64,000 bases of DNA, from the NCBI GenBank assembly GCA_963820525.1, contig CAWGAA010000001.1, forward strand, positions 1,056,001-1,120,000. The letters are read 5' to 3'. Source of the DNA: an uncultured Spirochaetota bacterium. Its GTDB lineage: Bacteria > Spirochaetota > Spirochaetia > SZUA-6 > Fen-1364. Below, piece after piece: positions 49,796-60,456 of this stretch; the stretch's first letter is position 1, and every line of letters starts with the position of its first letter. The notes below the pieces were generated by a model. It did no database searches and was not told the DNA's origin. It worked only from the letters and a program-made list of their open reading frames with translations. The position numbers and the translations under genes were made by a program.

Positions 49796-52700
49796 TCAGC
49801 GTCTCCGCAGCACGATCCCGTCAAAGGGCTCCAAGACCACCTCGCGAGCGGGACTCCCATCATTGTAGCGCGCTGCCGACTCGACGTAGACCGCGTCCGC
49901 GTACAGAAGCCCTTGACCTTGGGAGTTCCTTATCCGCAGTATGGGTCTGTCCCGCGTTTTGAGGGCGACCTGCGCAACATCCCGCCACGCGTCAGGGTTC
50001 CGCGTTTGATCTATTTTCGCGCTGGCGATGATCTTCCCCAGCGCCACGATCTCGTAGACGGCGGCCTTTGTCCTGGACGACCGGTTTGGCGCGTCGGGGA
50101 GCCATACGCGGATGGTATAGGTCCCATCCTCCGGAATCATCAGGTCGTATTCCGCCGCCGCGTCCCTTTGGACCGCTTCCCTGCAAGTCGATCCCCAGTC
50201 ATGGTAGAAAGGCGGCTCCACTTTCCATTCGTGCGTATCACGATGGACTGTCGACCAGCCGCCGGAAAACTTGACGCCCGGTCCGTCGTCGTCTATCACG
50301 TATTGCCGCTTCGGCGCCTGGGCGCCTACTATGCGCGAGAAGCCATCGCCCAGCGGGATAGTCTTCGGCTCGGAGGTCCCGTTGAGAAGGACGATGCCTT
50401 TCTCGAAATCCCTTCGGTAGACGTCCGGCGGCAGTTCGTCCATGAACACGTCGTCTATATGGACAACGCCCGTAGCATCCGCGAGAAAGAACTGCAGCCC
50501 CGCGTCCGAACGGCCGCCCGTCGCGGTGAATCCTACCGTATATTCCTTCCACTCGCGGCCCATCTCGAACCTCTTCCACAATCCCAGCCCCTCCCAGTCG
50601 CCCGCCCGCCGCTGCAGGGAGACGACTAGCGGCCGCGGGGTGTCCGCCTTGGCGGAGAATCGCACGACGTAAGAGACGCCCTTGCGTACCTTCACTCCAT
50701 CCCTGTAGAAATTGACGAAGTGGGGCTGGGCGGAAGGGGGCAGCGCGCGGACTTCGATACGGGCCGATCGCTGGCCGGAGGCGGCATCCGCGTCGTAGGA
50801 AAAATACGCCAACACGCCCTGATTCGGCTGAACGAAAAAGGACCACGAGGAATTTCCGGGGTTCTCGAAATCCCCGTCGGAGAAGAGGGGACGGGGGATG
50901 GGCTCCGGAGCGCCCGCCGTCCGAGCATACTCCGCGGGTCCGAGTGGAGCGCCGAGCCGGTAATCGAATTCGTCGTACGTCCATTCCTCGCAATAAAGCA
51001 CGTCGCTGAAATGGCGTTCGAAGAGCCCGTTCCCCATGAGGGCAAAGGCAAGGCCGAAACGCATGGACGGATACCAAGTCCGCGCGAAGTCAAGGACGCC
51101 GGGAGGAATGCGGCGTTCCGCCTCCTCGAAGGAGGAGTATACGCCGTACCCGTACCCCAGCTCGTTCGGCGCGCCCACGTCGATCACGCTGACGTTCGGT
51201 CCCATGCCGCCTTTCTCCCAGCCATGGTAGCGGTCCCAGATATCGCTGAACCTGATCCGGCCTTCAATGGCGTCGATGCAGATAAAAGCCAGGTTGTCGC
51301 CGTCGAAGTATTCACCGAGCTCATCGGCTCCTTTCGAAAGATGTCCCGTAGCGATCGCCCCGGGCATGGTTTCCCGCCAGAGGCGCACCATCTCCAGCAT
51401 CCCCTTCCTCCATGCTGCGTCCAAAACCACGGGGTCGTCCTCATTCCCGTCGCCGTCCGCGTCGATACGGATAGGATTGCCGTATGCGTCCTTCTTGTTA
51501 TAGGAAACATCCAGTATGAAGCTGTCAAAGAAGACGCCGTCGAAGAGCAGATCGGCGGCGGATATGGTCTCACGGATGCGCCGCGCATTGAACTCCACCA
51601 CTTCGGGTTTCGTGAGGTTCAGGCGGTGTGATCCGGGCCACAGTGTGATCCGCTCGCCGGAAACATCCCGGAGGTAATACTCATCCGGGATGGAAGGCTC
51701 GCCGTCGAAGTACTCCAAGGGCTGGAGCGTCGCCAGCAGGATGACGCCAGGGTTGACGCTTCTGATTCTACGCAGGCTTTGCGGATCGGCCCACCCAAGA
51801 ACGGCCAACTGGAGCCTGGCCGTATAGTCCCGGTATTCCGGATCCGCGAGCCGCCAGCTCCATAGATTCGCGATGCGGGGATAGTCCGCTTTCATGGCGG
51901 GCACGCTCCGATAGCTGAGCATGAGCGTGAAATCGGGGGCCGCCGAGGAACGCAGGTAGACCCGATTCATCTCCATGGGATCGGGAGAGAGGTTCCTGAT
52001 CTCGGTCTCGTGGACCGTCCTGCCGGAGCCCGAATCGAAGGGGTGCATCGAGCCAAAGGGCAGCTCCTCGTTCAAGGACCAGCGGACCTCGGCCGGCACG
52101 GGGCTCGAGACCCTCAGCCGCAACGACGTTGAGCCCGCGGGAAGGAGGGTCGAATCGGGGCGCGCATCCGAGAGGGGCGGGCCCAGGTAGATGAAGGATC
52201 CGCGGGCGGCGCCCGCGGTGATCGCGACCTCGTCCCCGGCCGAAAGGCCCGTCAGGGGGAAGATTACCTCGGCGGAAAAGGGCGGGTCGCGCCGAGCAGC
52301 TTCCGCAGCGACGCGGCTGGGGTCCAAAGTCTCGCGCGTGATGCGCACCGAGTCCATGGCGTACATGGGATTCCCGAGCGCAAAGCGCGTCGAACCCGCA
52401 GGCGCGACGTAGCGGCCTTCATTCGTGTCGCCCGCCGCCCGCCCGTCGACGTACATGCGCATATAGTTCTGCGACTCCGAGAAGACGAAGACGACGTGGT
52501 GCCAGCTGCCGGCCTTCCAGGAACGCATCGAACCTTCATTGGAATATGCGCTGAGATAAGCTCCTCCGATGGTCGCTTGAGCGCAGACGATTCCCGTAGA
52601 CGCTTGACGCACATAAAGCGAGTCGCCGTTCGACGCCGCATAAGCGAAGAACGGGAGGTCGGCGGCGTACCCCGCGGACGATCCGTCTCTTAAAGGGGAG

Positions 52701-53134
52701 ATCCAGAATTCGACGGTCCCCTGGTGGGGGTCATACAAGCCTTGTGTCGCGAAAGGGACGCCCCCGGACGGCGCAATAAAGCCCTGGCCGAAGCGGCCGG
52801 GGACGAATACGGCCCCGGCGGCAGAAATGGGCTTCTCACCCCGCGCCGTCACGAGGTCGCCGTCGGCCGCAAGATGGAAGGTCTCCGCGAGGGAGCCTTC
52901 CCTAGAGGGCACGTTATTCACTGTCCAGCGGTATGAGCTTCCCGGTCGAGCGGCAATGAGGTCAGCGGCTAAAAAACGATAGTCCGAGCTCGGCCGAAGC
53001 CGAATCGATGGCTCTTGGGGAAATGCCCTAATGGAGGCGGCGGCGAGGCAAACGATTAGGAGGGCACAGCGATGATACTCGCTTGGCGGGAACCTGATCC
53101 AGATTCGGGGAGTCATTAATCCAATCATTTTCAA
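49796..53134 (-). CDS. Large exported multidomain glycan-active protein (LamG, putative TIM-barrel hydrolase, CBM4/9-like, C-terminal CBM-like)
   Basis: GTVEFW..WHHVVF..YVDG; FDGVFFD; DGDFE..YVVRFSAKAD..IDDV; YRRDFEKGIVLLN; YADAV. Confidence 0.7.
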   Translation of the reverse strand: MKMIGLMTPRIWIRFPPSEYHRCALLIVCLAAASIRAFPQEPSIRLRPSSDYRFLAADLIAARPGSSYRWTVNNVPSREGSLAETFHLAADGDLVTARGEKPISAAGAVFVPGRFGQGFIAPSGGVPFATQGLYDPHQGTVEFWISPLRDGSSAGYAADLPFFAYAASNGDSLYVRQASTGIVCAQATIGGAYLSAYSNEGSMRSWKAGSWHHVVFVFSESQNYMRMYVDGRAAGDTNEGRYVAPAGSTRFALGNPMYAMDSVRITRETLDPSRVAAEAARRDPPFSAEVIFPLTGLSAGDEVAITAGAARGSFIYLGPPLSDARPDSTLLPAGSTSLRLRVSSPVPAEVRWSLNEELPFGSMHPFDSGSGRTVHETEIRNLSPDPMEMNRVYLRSSAAPDFTLMLSYRSVPAMKADYPRIANLWSWRLADPEYRDYTARLQLAVLGWADPQSLRRIRSVNPGVILLATLQPLEYFDGEPSIPDEYYLRDVSGERITLWPGSHRLNLTKPEVVEFNARRIRETISAADLLFDGVFFDSFILDVSYNKKDAYGNPIRIDADGDGNEDDPVVLDAAWRKGMLEMVRLWRETMPGAIATGHLSKGADELGEYFDGDNLAFICIDAIEGRIRFSDIWDRYHGWEKGGMGPNVSVIDVGAPNELGYGYGVYSSFEEAERRIPPGVLDFARTWYPSMRFGLAFALMGNGLFERHFSDVLYCEEWTYDEFDYRLGAPLGPAEYARTAGAPEPIPRPLFSDGDFENPGNSSWSFFVQPNQGVLAYFSYDADAASGQRSARIEVRALPPSAQPHFVNFYRDGVKVRKGVSYVVRFSAKADTPRPLVVSLQRRAGDWEGLGLWKRFEMGREWKEYTVGFTATGGRSDAGLQFFLADATGVVHIDDVFMDELPPDVYRRDFEKGIVLLNGTSEPKTIPLGDGFSRIVGAQAPKRQYVIDDDGPGVKFSGGWSTVHRDTHEWKVEPPFYHDWGSTCREAVQRDAAAEYDLMIPEDGTYTIRVWLPDAPNRSSRTKAAVYEIVALGKIIASAKIDQTRNPDAWRDVAQVALKTRDRPILRIRNSQGQGLLYADAVYVESAARYNDGSPAREVVLEPFDGIVLRRR

Positions 53135-53499
53135 TGCTCCTATTGATACGATTCGATTTCCCCATGCACAGCCTAATCCGCCCTTACTTCCAGTGCAAGG
53201 GCGGGATGGACGCTAATGGGGGTGAGATTCCCAGGCACGAAACGAGATGTCTATAATCAGCCCGATTTTCAGCGTGCCGCTGGAATAGAGTGATAGGCAA
53301 AACGATAATTCCCCCCTTTTTCTAATATCGCCAGAGAATACATTCCACAGCCTCATCCTACACTGAAACGGCGGAGTGCGTAAGAGACAGAAGTCATTGC
53401 GTCCCTTTCAGTTCACTCCCCCCGCCCTCGGGAAGCGATGAAAGCCCGCATTTCACTCAGGTGACGGCCTTCCGCATGAGACACAAGACAGTTCTCTCC

Positions 53500-53773
53500 C
53501 TCTGCCCGTTTCATGTTTAGGTTGAGTCTAAAGGAAGTGCATGAATTGAATGAACAAAACGTCCCTCTTAAACAAGGGCGAAACATTAAACACTTGCCGA
53601 GAGCTTTTACGATCTTTGGCATCCTCATGCTCACGGGCACGTTGCGAAGCGAGAAAGTTGCGGACATGAACCGGCGAATCTTGAAAGTGTTCTGGGACAT
53701 CATGTTCAATTCAATCCCTTCGCCTCAATTTGTGACCTTGAATAAGGTCTTTCGAGAGCTGTTTCCAGTGTAG
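53500..53773 (+). pseudogene. ORF6N-like DNA-binding domain remnant
   Basis: RFMFRLS..KHLPRAFT.FGILML...LRSEK...MN..ILKVF. Confidence 0.55.
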
Positions 53774-53966
53774 ATTAGCCGTAACTGTTTGTCATATCTA
53801 CAGTTAGGCGCTTAGACTCGCCTCTCTATCTCTTGATACTTCCCCCATAAACGATCTGTCGCAAAGGTGTTTCTATTGAAGCTTTCCATTTGATACACTG
53901 CTGTCGTACCGCGTCCGGATGCATGCCTTGAAAAATCTATCCTGAGAAATCACAGATCGAGGAGGA

Positions 53967-55139
53967 TTGAATATGTCGGAAATCGAACAGCTGGCCGTTC
54001 ACACCGGCACTGTCGATGTGCCCCCCGCGGAAGTCGGTTACGACGAAGAAGCGATCAGGAGACTGGATGCCCACCTGCAAGGGCTTGTCCGGGAGAACAA
54101 GCTGCAGGGCGCCAGCTACCTTCTTGCCCGATACGGAAAGGTTTTCGCCTGCAAGTCGATGGGCAGGCTGACTCACCACCAGGGCAGCTCCGACCTTCTG
54201 ACGGATTCACTGTGGTGCATTGCATCGATCACCAAGCTCTTCACCGCCATGGCGATCATGACGCTGGTCGAATCCGGCAGGCTGTATCTCGGCAAGCCGA
54301 TCGCCGAAATCATCCCGGAGTTTGGCACTGATACGCACAGGAAAATCACCATCTTTCATCTGTTGACCCATACCGCGGGCCTCATGCCGGATCCGGGCTA
54401 TTTCTTGGAACCCTATCCCCGTGGCTGGTGGGTGGCGCTCATGGCTCAGGAGGCGCCAGGATATCCGGAAGACCAGAAGATCGGCTGGATAAAGGCAGCC
54501 CTTTCGGGCGCCATGCACTGCAAGCCAGGCGAGAAATGGGGCTACTGCTCGGCTGGATTCTTGATCCTGGGCGAGATCATAAGCCGAGTTACAGATATGC
54601 CGTGCGAACAGTACATCGACGATCGTATCATAAAGCCTCTTGGTCTGAAGAATACTTTTTTCGATGTTCCACATGATTTGCAGGAGAATGTCTGCTTCAC
54701 CAACGACTGGGCCGAGAGAGAGTTGAAGAAGAGGGAAAAGGGAGCGGGACGGCCTCCGGGAACGGCAGGGGGTCTTTACTCCTCGCTCGCCGACTTGAAC
54801 ACGTTCGCACAAATGACCCTGAAGAACGGTCTCTCCAACGGTACCCGCATCGTGAGCCGGAAAACCATTGAATACATGACCAAGAATCACCTGCGGGGTG
54901 TCCCTGCCTTCCATTGGGGGGCGGAGATCAAGGATCACAGACACGGCCTCGGATTCGCGATTTACCAGACGGATCTCGTATCGCCTAATACCTATATCCA
55001 TGAAGGGGCGGGTCGCAGCGCACTTCAAATCGATCCCGATGAGGAGCTGGTCTCAGTGATCAATGTTCCTTCGACGGTGGACTGGCTGCCCGAGTCGATC
55101 ATCGGGACGCATTCGGTGATTTGGTCCGGCCTCCTTTGA
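53967..55139 (+). CDS. Serine hydrolase, beta-lactamase class C-like family
   Basis: ASITK (SxxK), HLLTHTAGL, PGEKWGYCS, HEG. Confidence 0.88.
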   Translation: MNMSEIEQLAVHTGTVDVPPAEVGYDEEAIRRLDAHLQGLVRENKLQGASYLLARYGKVFACKSMGRLTHHQGSSDLLTDSLWCIASITKLFTAMAIMTLVESGRLYLGKPIAEIIPEFGTDTHRKITIFHLLTHTAGLMPDPGYFLEPYPRGWWVALMAQEAPGYPEDQKIGWIKAALSGAMHCKPGEKWGYCSAGFLILGEIISRVTDMPCEQYIDDRIIKPLGLKNTFFDVPHDLQENVCFTNDWAERELKKREKGAGRPPGTAGGLYSSLADLNTFAQMTLKNGLSNGTRIVSRKTIEYMTKNHLRGVPAFHWGAEIKDHRHGLGFAIYQTDLVSPNTYIHEGAGRSALQIDPDEELVSVINVPSTVDWLPESIIGTHSVIWSGLL

Positions 55140-55164
55140 CAGGGACCTCGCGAGGAGCTGGCCC

Positions 55165-55580
55165 ATGGAGGCTCATGACCGCACGAATGGTCTTGGGAGC
55201 CAGGGTCCTCAGGGCAGTCGCCTTCGTCACGTACAAGGAGTGAGCGGCATACAGGAGCTTCAACTTCTCCAATATCTGTTGCAAGAACCGATGGCTTTTA
55301 GGTGGCAGACAGACGTATGGACTACCAAACGGATTGCAGATTCGATTGAAAGGAAGTTCGCCATAAGCTATCACTACGCGCATGTCAGCCGCATCATGCA
55401 TGCCTTGGAATGGAGTCCACAAAAGCCTGAACAGCGCGCTCTACAACGCAACGAGGCAGTCATCCAAGAGTGGAAGACTACCAACTGGAAGAGGATAAAA
55501 AAAACGCCACGCGGCTGGGCGCCCACCTTATTTTTATCGATGAATTGGGTTTCATGCAGCCCTACGATGAAAAGAGGTGC
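55165..55580 (+). mobile_element. IS630-family transposase fragment
   Basis: WTTKRIA..ISYHYAHVSRIMHALEWSPQKP..ALQRNE winged HTH; A-run at the orfA/orfB junction near 55497-55504. Confidence 0.7.
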
Positions 55581-55584
55581 AATG

Positions 55585-56188
55585 CCGAAATCTCAATGAA
55601 CGTTGCTTGACATAGTGGGCGTGTTCCCAGAAGCGCACTCTCCTTTTCGGTGAGTACATGAACGAGCACCTCCTGCTCCTGCTGCCCCACCGCCAGTTCG
55701 TTTGGACCATACCTAAGATCTTACGATGCTATCTCAGGCACGACCGTAGCTTATATGCCGACATCGGCAGGCTCATATTCGAAATTCTGTCCTCCTATTT
55801 CAGTCAGGCTTCGGGCAGGCCGATCCAGGGAGCCATGGTCAGTAGCCATCAGACATTCGGACAATTCGCCGTTTGGAACCCTCACTGGCACACCATCGGG
55901 TTGGAAGGCGGATTCGACCGCTGCGATCGGTTCTTTTTCATTCCCCTGGGCGCCAACGAAGCTCTTGTGGAAATCTGGCGATGCAAGGTGGTTGCGTTGT
56001 TCCTCGATAAAGGCCTGCTGAATCCGAGTTTCGCCCAAACTCTGCTGAAGTGGCGCCACTCGGGCTTCTCAATCGAGAGCAGCACACGCATCTACGACGA
56101 GGATGCGCGCAGGGCATTGAGCCAGTACATCGTGCGCGCCCCGTTGTCGCTGACAATGCTCGAATGGGATCAGGAGCAGGACACCGTT
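55585..56188 (+). mobile_element. IS91-like (Y2) transposase fragment, cut at att-like copy 5
   Basis: LPHRQFVWTIPK.LR, HQTFG..WNPHWH..EGG, WRHSGFS, QYIVRAP. Confidence 0.75.
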
Positions 56189-56238
56189 CGGGGGAGCAGG
56201 ATCGGACAGGCAGTTGGGTTACCATCTGCCTGTTTTTT
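56189..56238 (+). repeat. att-like site copy 5
   Basis: cgggggagcag..ggacaggcagt matches the copy 4 arm; hairpin acaggcag/ctgcctgt plus T run. Confidence 0.8.
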
Positions 56239-56513
56239 ATATCCTGAGCGTAGTTGCGCGCCGCCTGTGCCATTCGGTGAATGATGTAGAACGGAGGCTT
56301 GAAGGCAAGGGCCACTTGGTCGTCCTTGAGCGCCGAGCCTGGCATGATGAAGTGCAGGAGAGCCGCCCGTTAGGCTTGGCCCCGCCTTCGGTAGAACACT
56401 TAGGCGTTCCAGGCGATCTCCAGGAGCCGGATCCCCTGCTCGATGTAGTTCTGGTCCGCCTTCTCGTGCCGCTCGATCTGAGCGCGGATTTAGGCCTGTT
56501 CCTCGCGCCACTG
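56190..56513 (-). pseudogene. Large serine recombinase C-terminal remnant reading into the att core
   Basis: Manual translation QWREEQA*IRAQIERHEKADQNYIEQGIRLLEIA..LLHFIM..LAFKPPF, then (frameshift) KKQADGNPTACPILLPR; three internal stops. Confidence 0.7.
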
Positions 56514-56714
56514 AAAGAGGTTTCGGCGGTTGGCGGCCGCGCGGGAAGCGGGGATCAAGTACCTCATCCGCTTCGACCGGCTTCGGGCGACGCCGCTTCC
56601 GTTGCCGTAAAACCGTCTCCGAAAAAGCGGGACAGTCCGTCCCGGGCCGTCCTCGAGCCGTTTCCCTTGACGCGCTTCTCGGATGTTGTACCATTGAAGT
56701 ACGAGGTAGAACAA

Positions 56715-58636
56715 ATGAAAAGACGCGCGTTTTCCCTGGTATTGCTGGTAGCGTTAGGCTGGTTCGGGTGGTCGGAAAAACTGGTCATCCGGCCGGCCCA
56801 GGATCTCGGCAAGGGGTTCATAATGGGCGCCGACGTTTCGATGCTCGATCAGATCGAATCCCTCGGCGGCGCCTATTACGACGAGAATGGAAAGCGGGGC
56901 GATTGCCTCGCCATCCTGAAGGCCGGCGGCGTCAACTGGATCCGCTTGAGGATATGGAACGATCCCGTGAACAAGGAGGACGTTATCGAGGGCGACCGCG
57001 TCCTCTCGAAGGCGGGCGACCCGGCGGGCGGGGGGAACGACGACCTCGCCGCGTTTATACGCGTCGCCAAACGCGCGAAGAAACTCGGCCTCAAGGTATT
57101 GGCCGATTTCCACTACAGCGATTTCTGGGCCGATCCGGGCAAGCAATATACCCCCTACGCGTGGAAGGGCCTGGGCCTCGAGGAGCTCAAGAAGGAACTC
57201 TATCGCTATACCGACGCGAGCCTGAAAGCCATGCGCGCCGCGGGCGCGATGCCGGACATGGTTCAAGTCGGGAACGAGGTGGACGGCGGCTTCCTCTGGC
57301 CGGTCGGCAAGATATGGCAATCGGGAACCGACGAGCTGGTAGGCGGTGAGAGCGCTTTCATCGCCCTTCTAAAAGAGGCGGTCCGCGCCGTTCGCAACAA
57401 TGATCCGGCCAAGGGCAATCCCTCGAAACGGATCAAGGTAATGATCCACGTATCGAACGGCGGGGACAACGCGCTGTTCCGGAAAGTATTCGATCCCATA
57501 ATCGAAGGAGGCGTCGACTTCGACGTCATCGGCCTTTCCTTCTATCCGTATTGGCATGGCAAGCTCTCCGATCTTGCGGCGAACATGGCTAACCTCGCGA
57601 CCCGTTACGGGAAGGAGATGATCGTCGCGGAGACGGGGTACGCCTGGACCCTCGAACCTGGAGATTCCCTGGAAAACAGCTTCGGGCCGGGATCCGACAA
57701 GCTCGGCGGCTATAGGGCGACGGTCCAAGGCCAGGCGATTGCTTTATGCGATATCATCAGAACCGTCGCGGGCGCGCCCGCCTCCAAGGGCATCGGCATC
57801 TTCTACTGGGAACCGGATTGGATACCGGTCGCTGGGGCCGGCTGGAGGACGGGCGACGGTAGCTCATGGGAAAACCAGGCGCTGTTCGACTATACGGGGA
57901 AGGCCTTGCCCTCGATCAAGACGTTTAAGCTCGTCGCGGCGAAGGGGGAAATTCCCGATTTGAGGGTCATCGAAGTCGAGGGCGTCAAAACGAAGATCCC
58001 GGCCGGCGGAGTCCTCGCGCTGCCTCCCAAGGTACTGGCTACCTATTCGGATGATTCCTACCGAACCACGCAGGTGAATTGGAGCAAGCCCGATCCCGCC
58101 GCATTGAAAAACTCGGGACCCTCGAGGTAAAAGGCTCGGTGTGGGGATACAAGGGAGACGTGATCGCGACAGTCGAAATAGTCGCCGATGTCAACTTGAT
58201 ACCAGACTCGAGCTTCGAGTCTGGAGTTCTCGATCCCGGATGGGAGCTCTCCGGGGAGGGGGTCAAAGCCGCGCTGGTCGAGAGGAATCCGGGCAACGCG
58301 CACAGCGGCGAATACTCGTTCAAGTACTGGCTCGACAAGCCCTTTACGTTCACCCTCGTCCGGCGTTTCTCCGGGCTGAAGGACGGGACCTATACGCTTC
58401 GGGTCTGGGCCGCGGGAGGCGGAGGGGAGAAGGATTATTACCTATTCGCGCGGGACTACGGCGGTCCCGAACTGACTGCTAAAATCGTCAACACCGGTTG
58501 GCAGAAATGGAAGCTCTACGAGATCAAGGGCATACCCGTCAGCGGAGGCGTTTGCGTTATCGGGCTGTCGATGGACGGCAATCCGGGCAACTGGGGCAAC
58601 GCGGACGATATCGAGTTCACGCGCGACTCCGATTGA
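56715..58636 (+). CDS. GH53 endo-beta-1,4-galactanase with Ig-like and CBM-like C-terminus; one frameshift near 58115
   Basis: GADVS, DFHYSDFWADPGKQ, QVGNE, SFYPYWHG, VAETGY, FYWEP. Confidence 0.88.
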
Positions 58637-58769
58637 GGCGGACGCCGACGCGCTAGGCGTCTCGCCGGAGGCCGCGTTCCGCGGATCGACGCTCTTTCGA
58701 GTCGGCCCCGCCCTAAATGATAGCAGTTTTATACTCGGAGCAGGGCCGGCGGCGCTATTGGGCGACCGA

Positions 58770-59130
58770 GCCGTCTACGCCGTGCGAGAACTCGTTGTCG
58801 GAGGTGAAGCAGATTACGGTGCCAACTCCGTTCTCATCGATGCTTATCTTTTTCAGCGACAGCGGGGGTCGAGCGATGCATTGGACAGGGCCTCGCGGCC
58901 TCTGATCGAAAAAGCCGAAATGCGGATGGAATGGTCCACGGAAAAACCAGAGTGCATCCAGTTGATGAGGCTGGTGGCCAGATGCGCGTTGATCAGCTCT
59001 TTCTTCAGGAACCCGCACTTTCATTGCCTCGTTGTGGAAGTTTGTCCATATCCCCCTTCGACGATATCCAGCGGATGTCGGAGTACTTCCGTCGAGTGGT
59101 CATCAAGTTTTCCATAGCAAAAATTCGCTA
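58770..59130 (-). mobile_element. Second, decayed IS91-like transposase fragment
   Basis: LINWMHSGFSVD..R and IARPPLSLKKI in broken frames. Confidence 0.6.
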
Positions 59131-59359
59131 AGGTATCAAAGGACCGGCTCCTTCTTCCAGCTCTGCCCGCCCGTTCATCCTCGTCATGCGCTCCCTGACG
59201 CACGGCGTCCCTGCTGCGCGTCCCCGCCTGCTCGGCGCCGTGCTTCGCAAGCGGAGCACGGCCGGCAGAGGAATGAGCCCTCATATAATGTGGGGAAGGA
59301 GGGGGTCGCAGGTACGGGTCCGTTTGCCTTGGACCGCAAATGGCAATATACTGTGAAGA

Positions 59360-59952
59360 ATGTCACGACGGGCAGGAGCCACCAGCGCGTGATGATACTG
59401 GAGGTGATGGGACGCACCGCTGGATGGATCGCGCTCGAGGCCGGGATTTCGGGCGGCGCACATATCATTCTCATCCCGGAGATCCCCTATTCCATAGATC
59501 GAATAGTCGAGAAAATCCAGCTCAGAGAAAAGGGAGGCAGCCCCTTTACCATAATGATGGTGGCTGAGGGCGCCCACGAGGAGGGCGGTGACGTCATCAC
59601 ACAGGCATCCGCCTCAACGCGGCTTCAGGGCGTTGTCCAACTCGGAGGGGTCGGATTCCATATCGCCGACGCGATAAAAAAGCGCATAGATCTTGAGGTT
59701 CGCTGCACGGTTCTTGGTCACATTCAGCGCGGGGGATCGCCCTGCGCCTTCGACTGCGTTCTGGGGACAAGGTTGGGCAGCTACGCCGTATAGGCCGCAG
59801 CGGAAGCGAAATTCGGCACCATGGTAGCCCTGAAAACCCCGGATATTGCCTTGGTTCCACTTTCGGAACTTGCGGGGAAAGTACGCAGGGTCCCGCCTGA
59901 TTCACAGCTCATCCAAAGCGCGGAGCTCATTGGAATCAGCATGGGGAGGTGA
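59360..59952 (+). pseudogene. 6-phosphofructokinase C-terminal fragment
   Basis: SHQRVMILEVMGRTAGWIAL, LGHIQRGGSP; N-terminus missing; in-frame TAG at 59791. Confidence 0.85.
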
Positions 59953-59969
59953 GGCGGAGACTACGGCAG

Positions 59970-60085
59970 CGGTAGAAAGCGTTCCATTCTAATGTATTTG
60001 CCTTAGCTCCCCCTATTGGACGAGCTTCGAACCTACTGCTACGAGCATCAGATCGAGAGATCCCCGCGCTACTGGCGGTTGTGAA
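59970..60085 (-). repeat. att-like site copy 6, inverted
   Basis: Reverse complement reads gtagcagtaggttcgaagctcgtccaatagggggagct, closely matching reconstituted copy 9; core at 60006-60013. Confidence 0.85.
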
Positions 60086-60143
60086 GGGGTGTTCGAGGGA
60101 GTCCTTGGTTCTCAAGCGGAGAAAGGGCGGCAACGAGATGATG

Positions 60144-60260
60144 CCCTCGATTTGCGCGGGGGTTGCTCGGCGCGCGTTCGCTACCTATTGCCCCGGGGGA
60201 GCAAAGACCAACACACTCGAACGGAGCGCTTTCTGGCTCACACTGGAAAGCGCTATTTTT
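60144..60260 (+). repeat. att-like site copy 7
   Basis: ccgggggagc core at 60195-60202, upstream ccctcgat, hairpin agcgctttc/gaaagcgct plus T run; downstream arm resembles that of copy 6. Confidence 0.75.
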
Positions 60261-60456
60261 ATGCCTCCCTCCAACAGCTGAAAGGAGGAGATCAGGCCCG
60301 TCAAAGCTGTCTTTTGTTCGTCCTCGCGCTGCCTAAGCGCCTTCTGGATTCGGCTCCTGTATGCTGCGAATAAATTCTTGTCATCGGAGACGAGGCTTTC
60401 AAGTTCATCGATGGATTGGCCAACGAGAGCCACGGCGGCCGGCCCAATAGGGTCAT

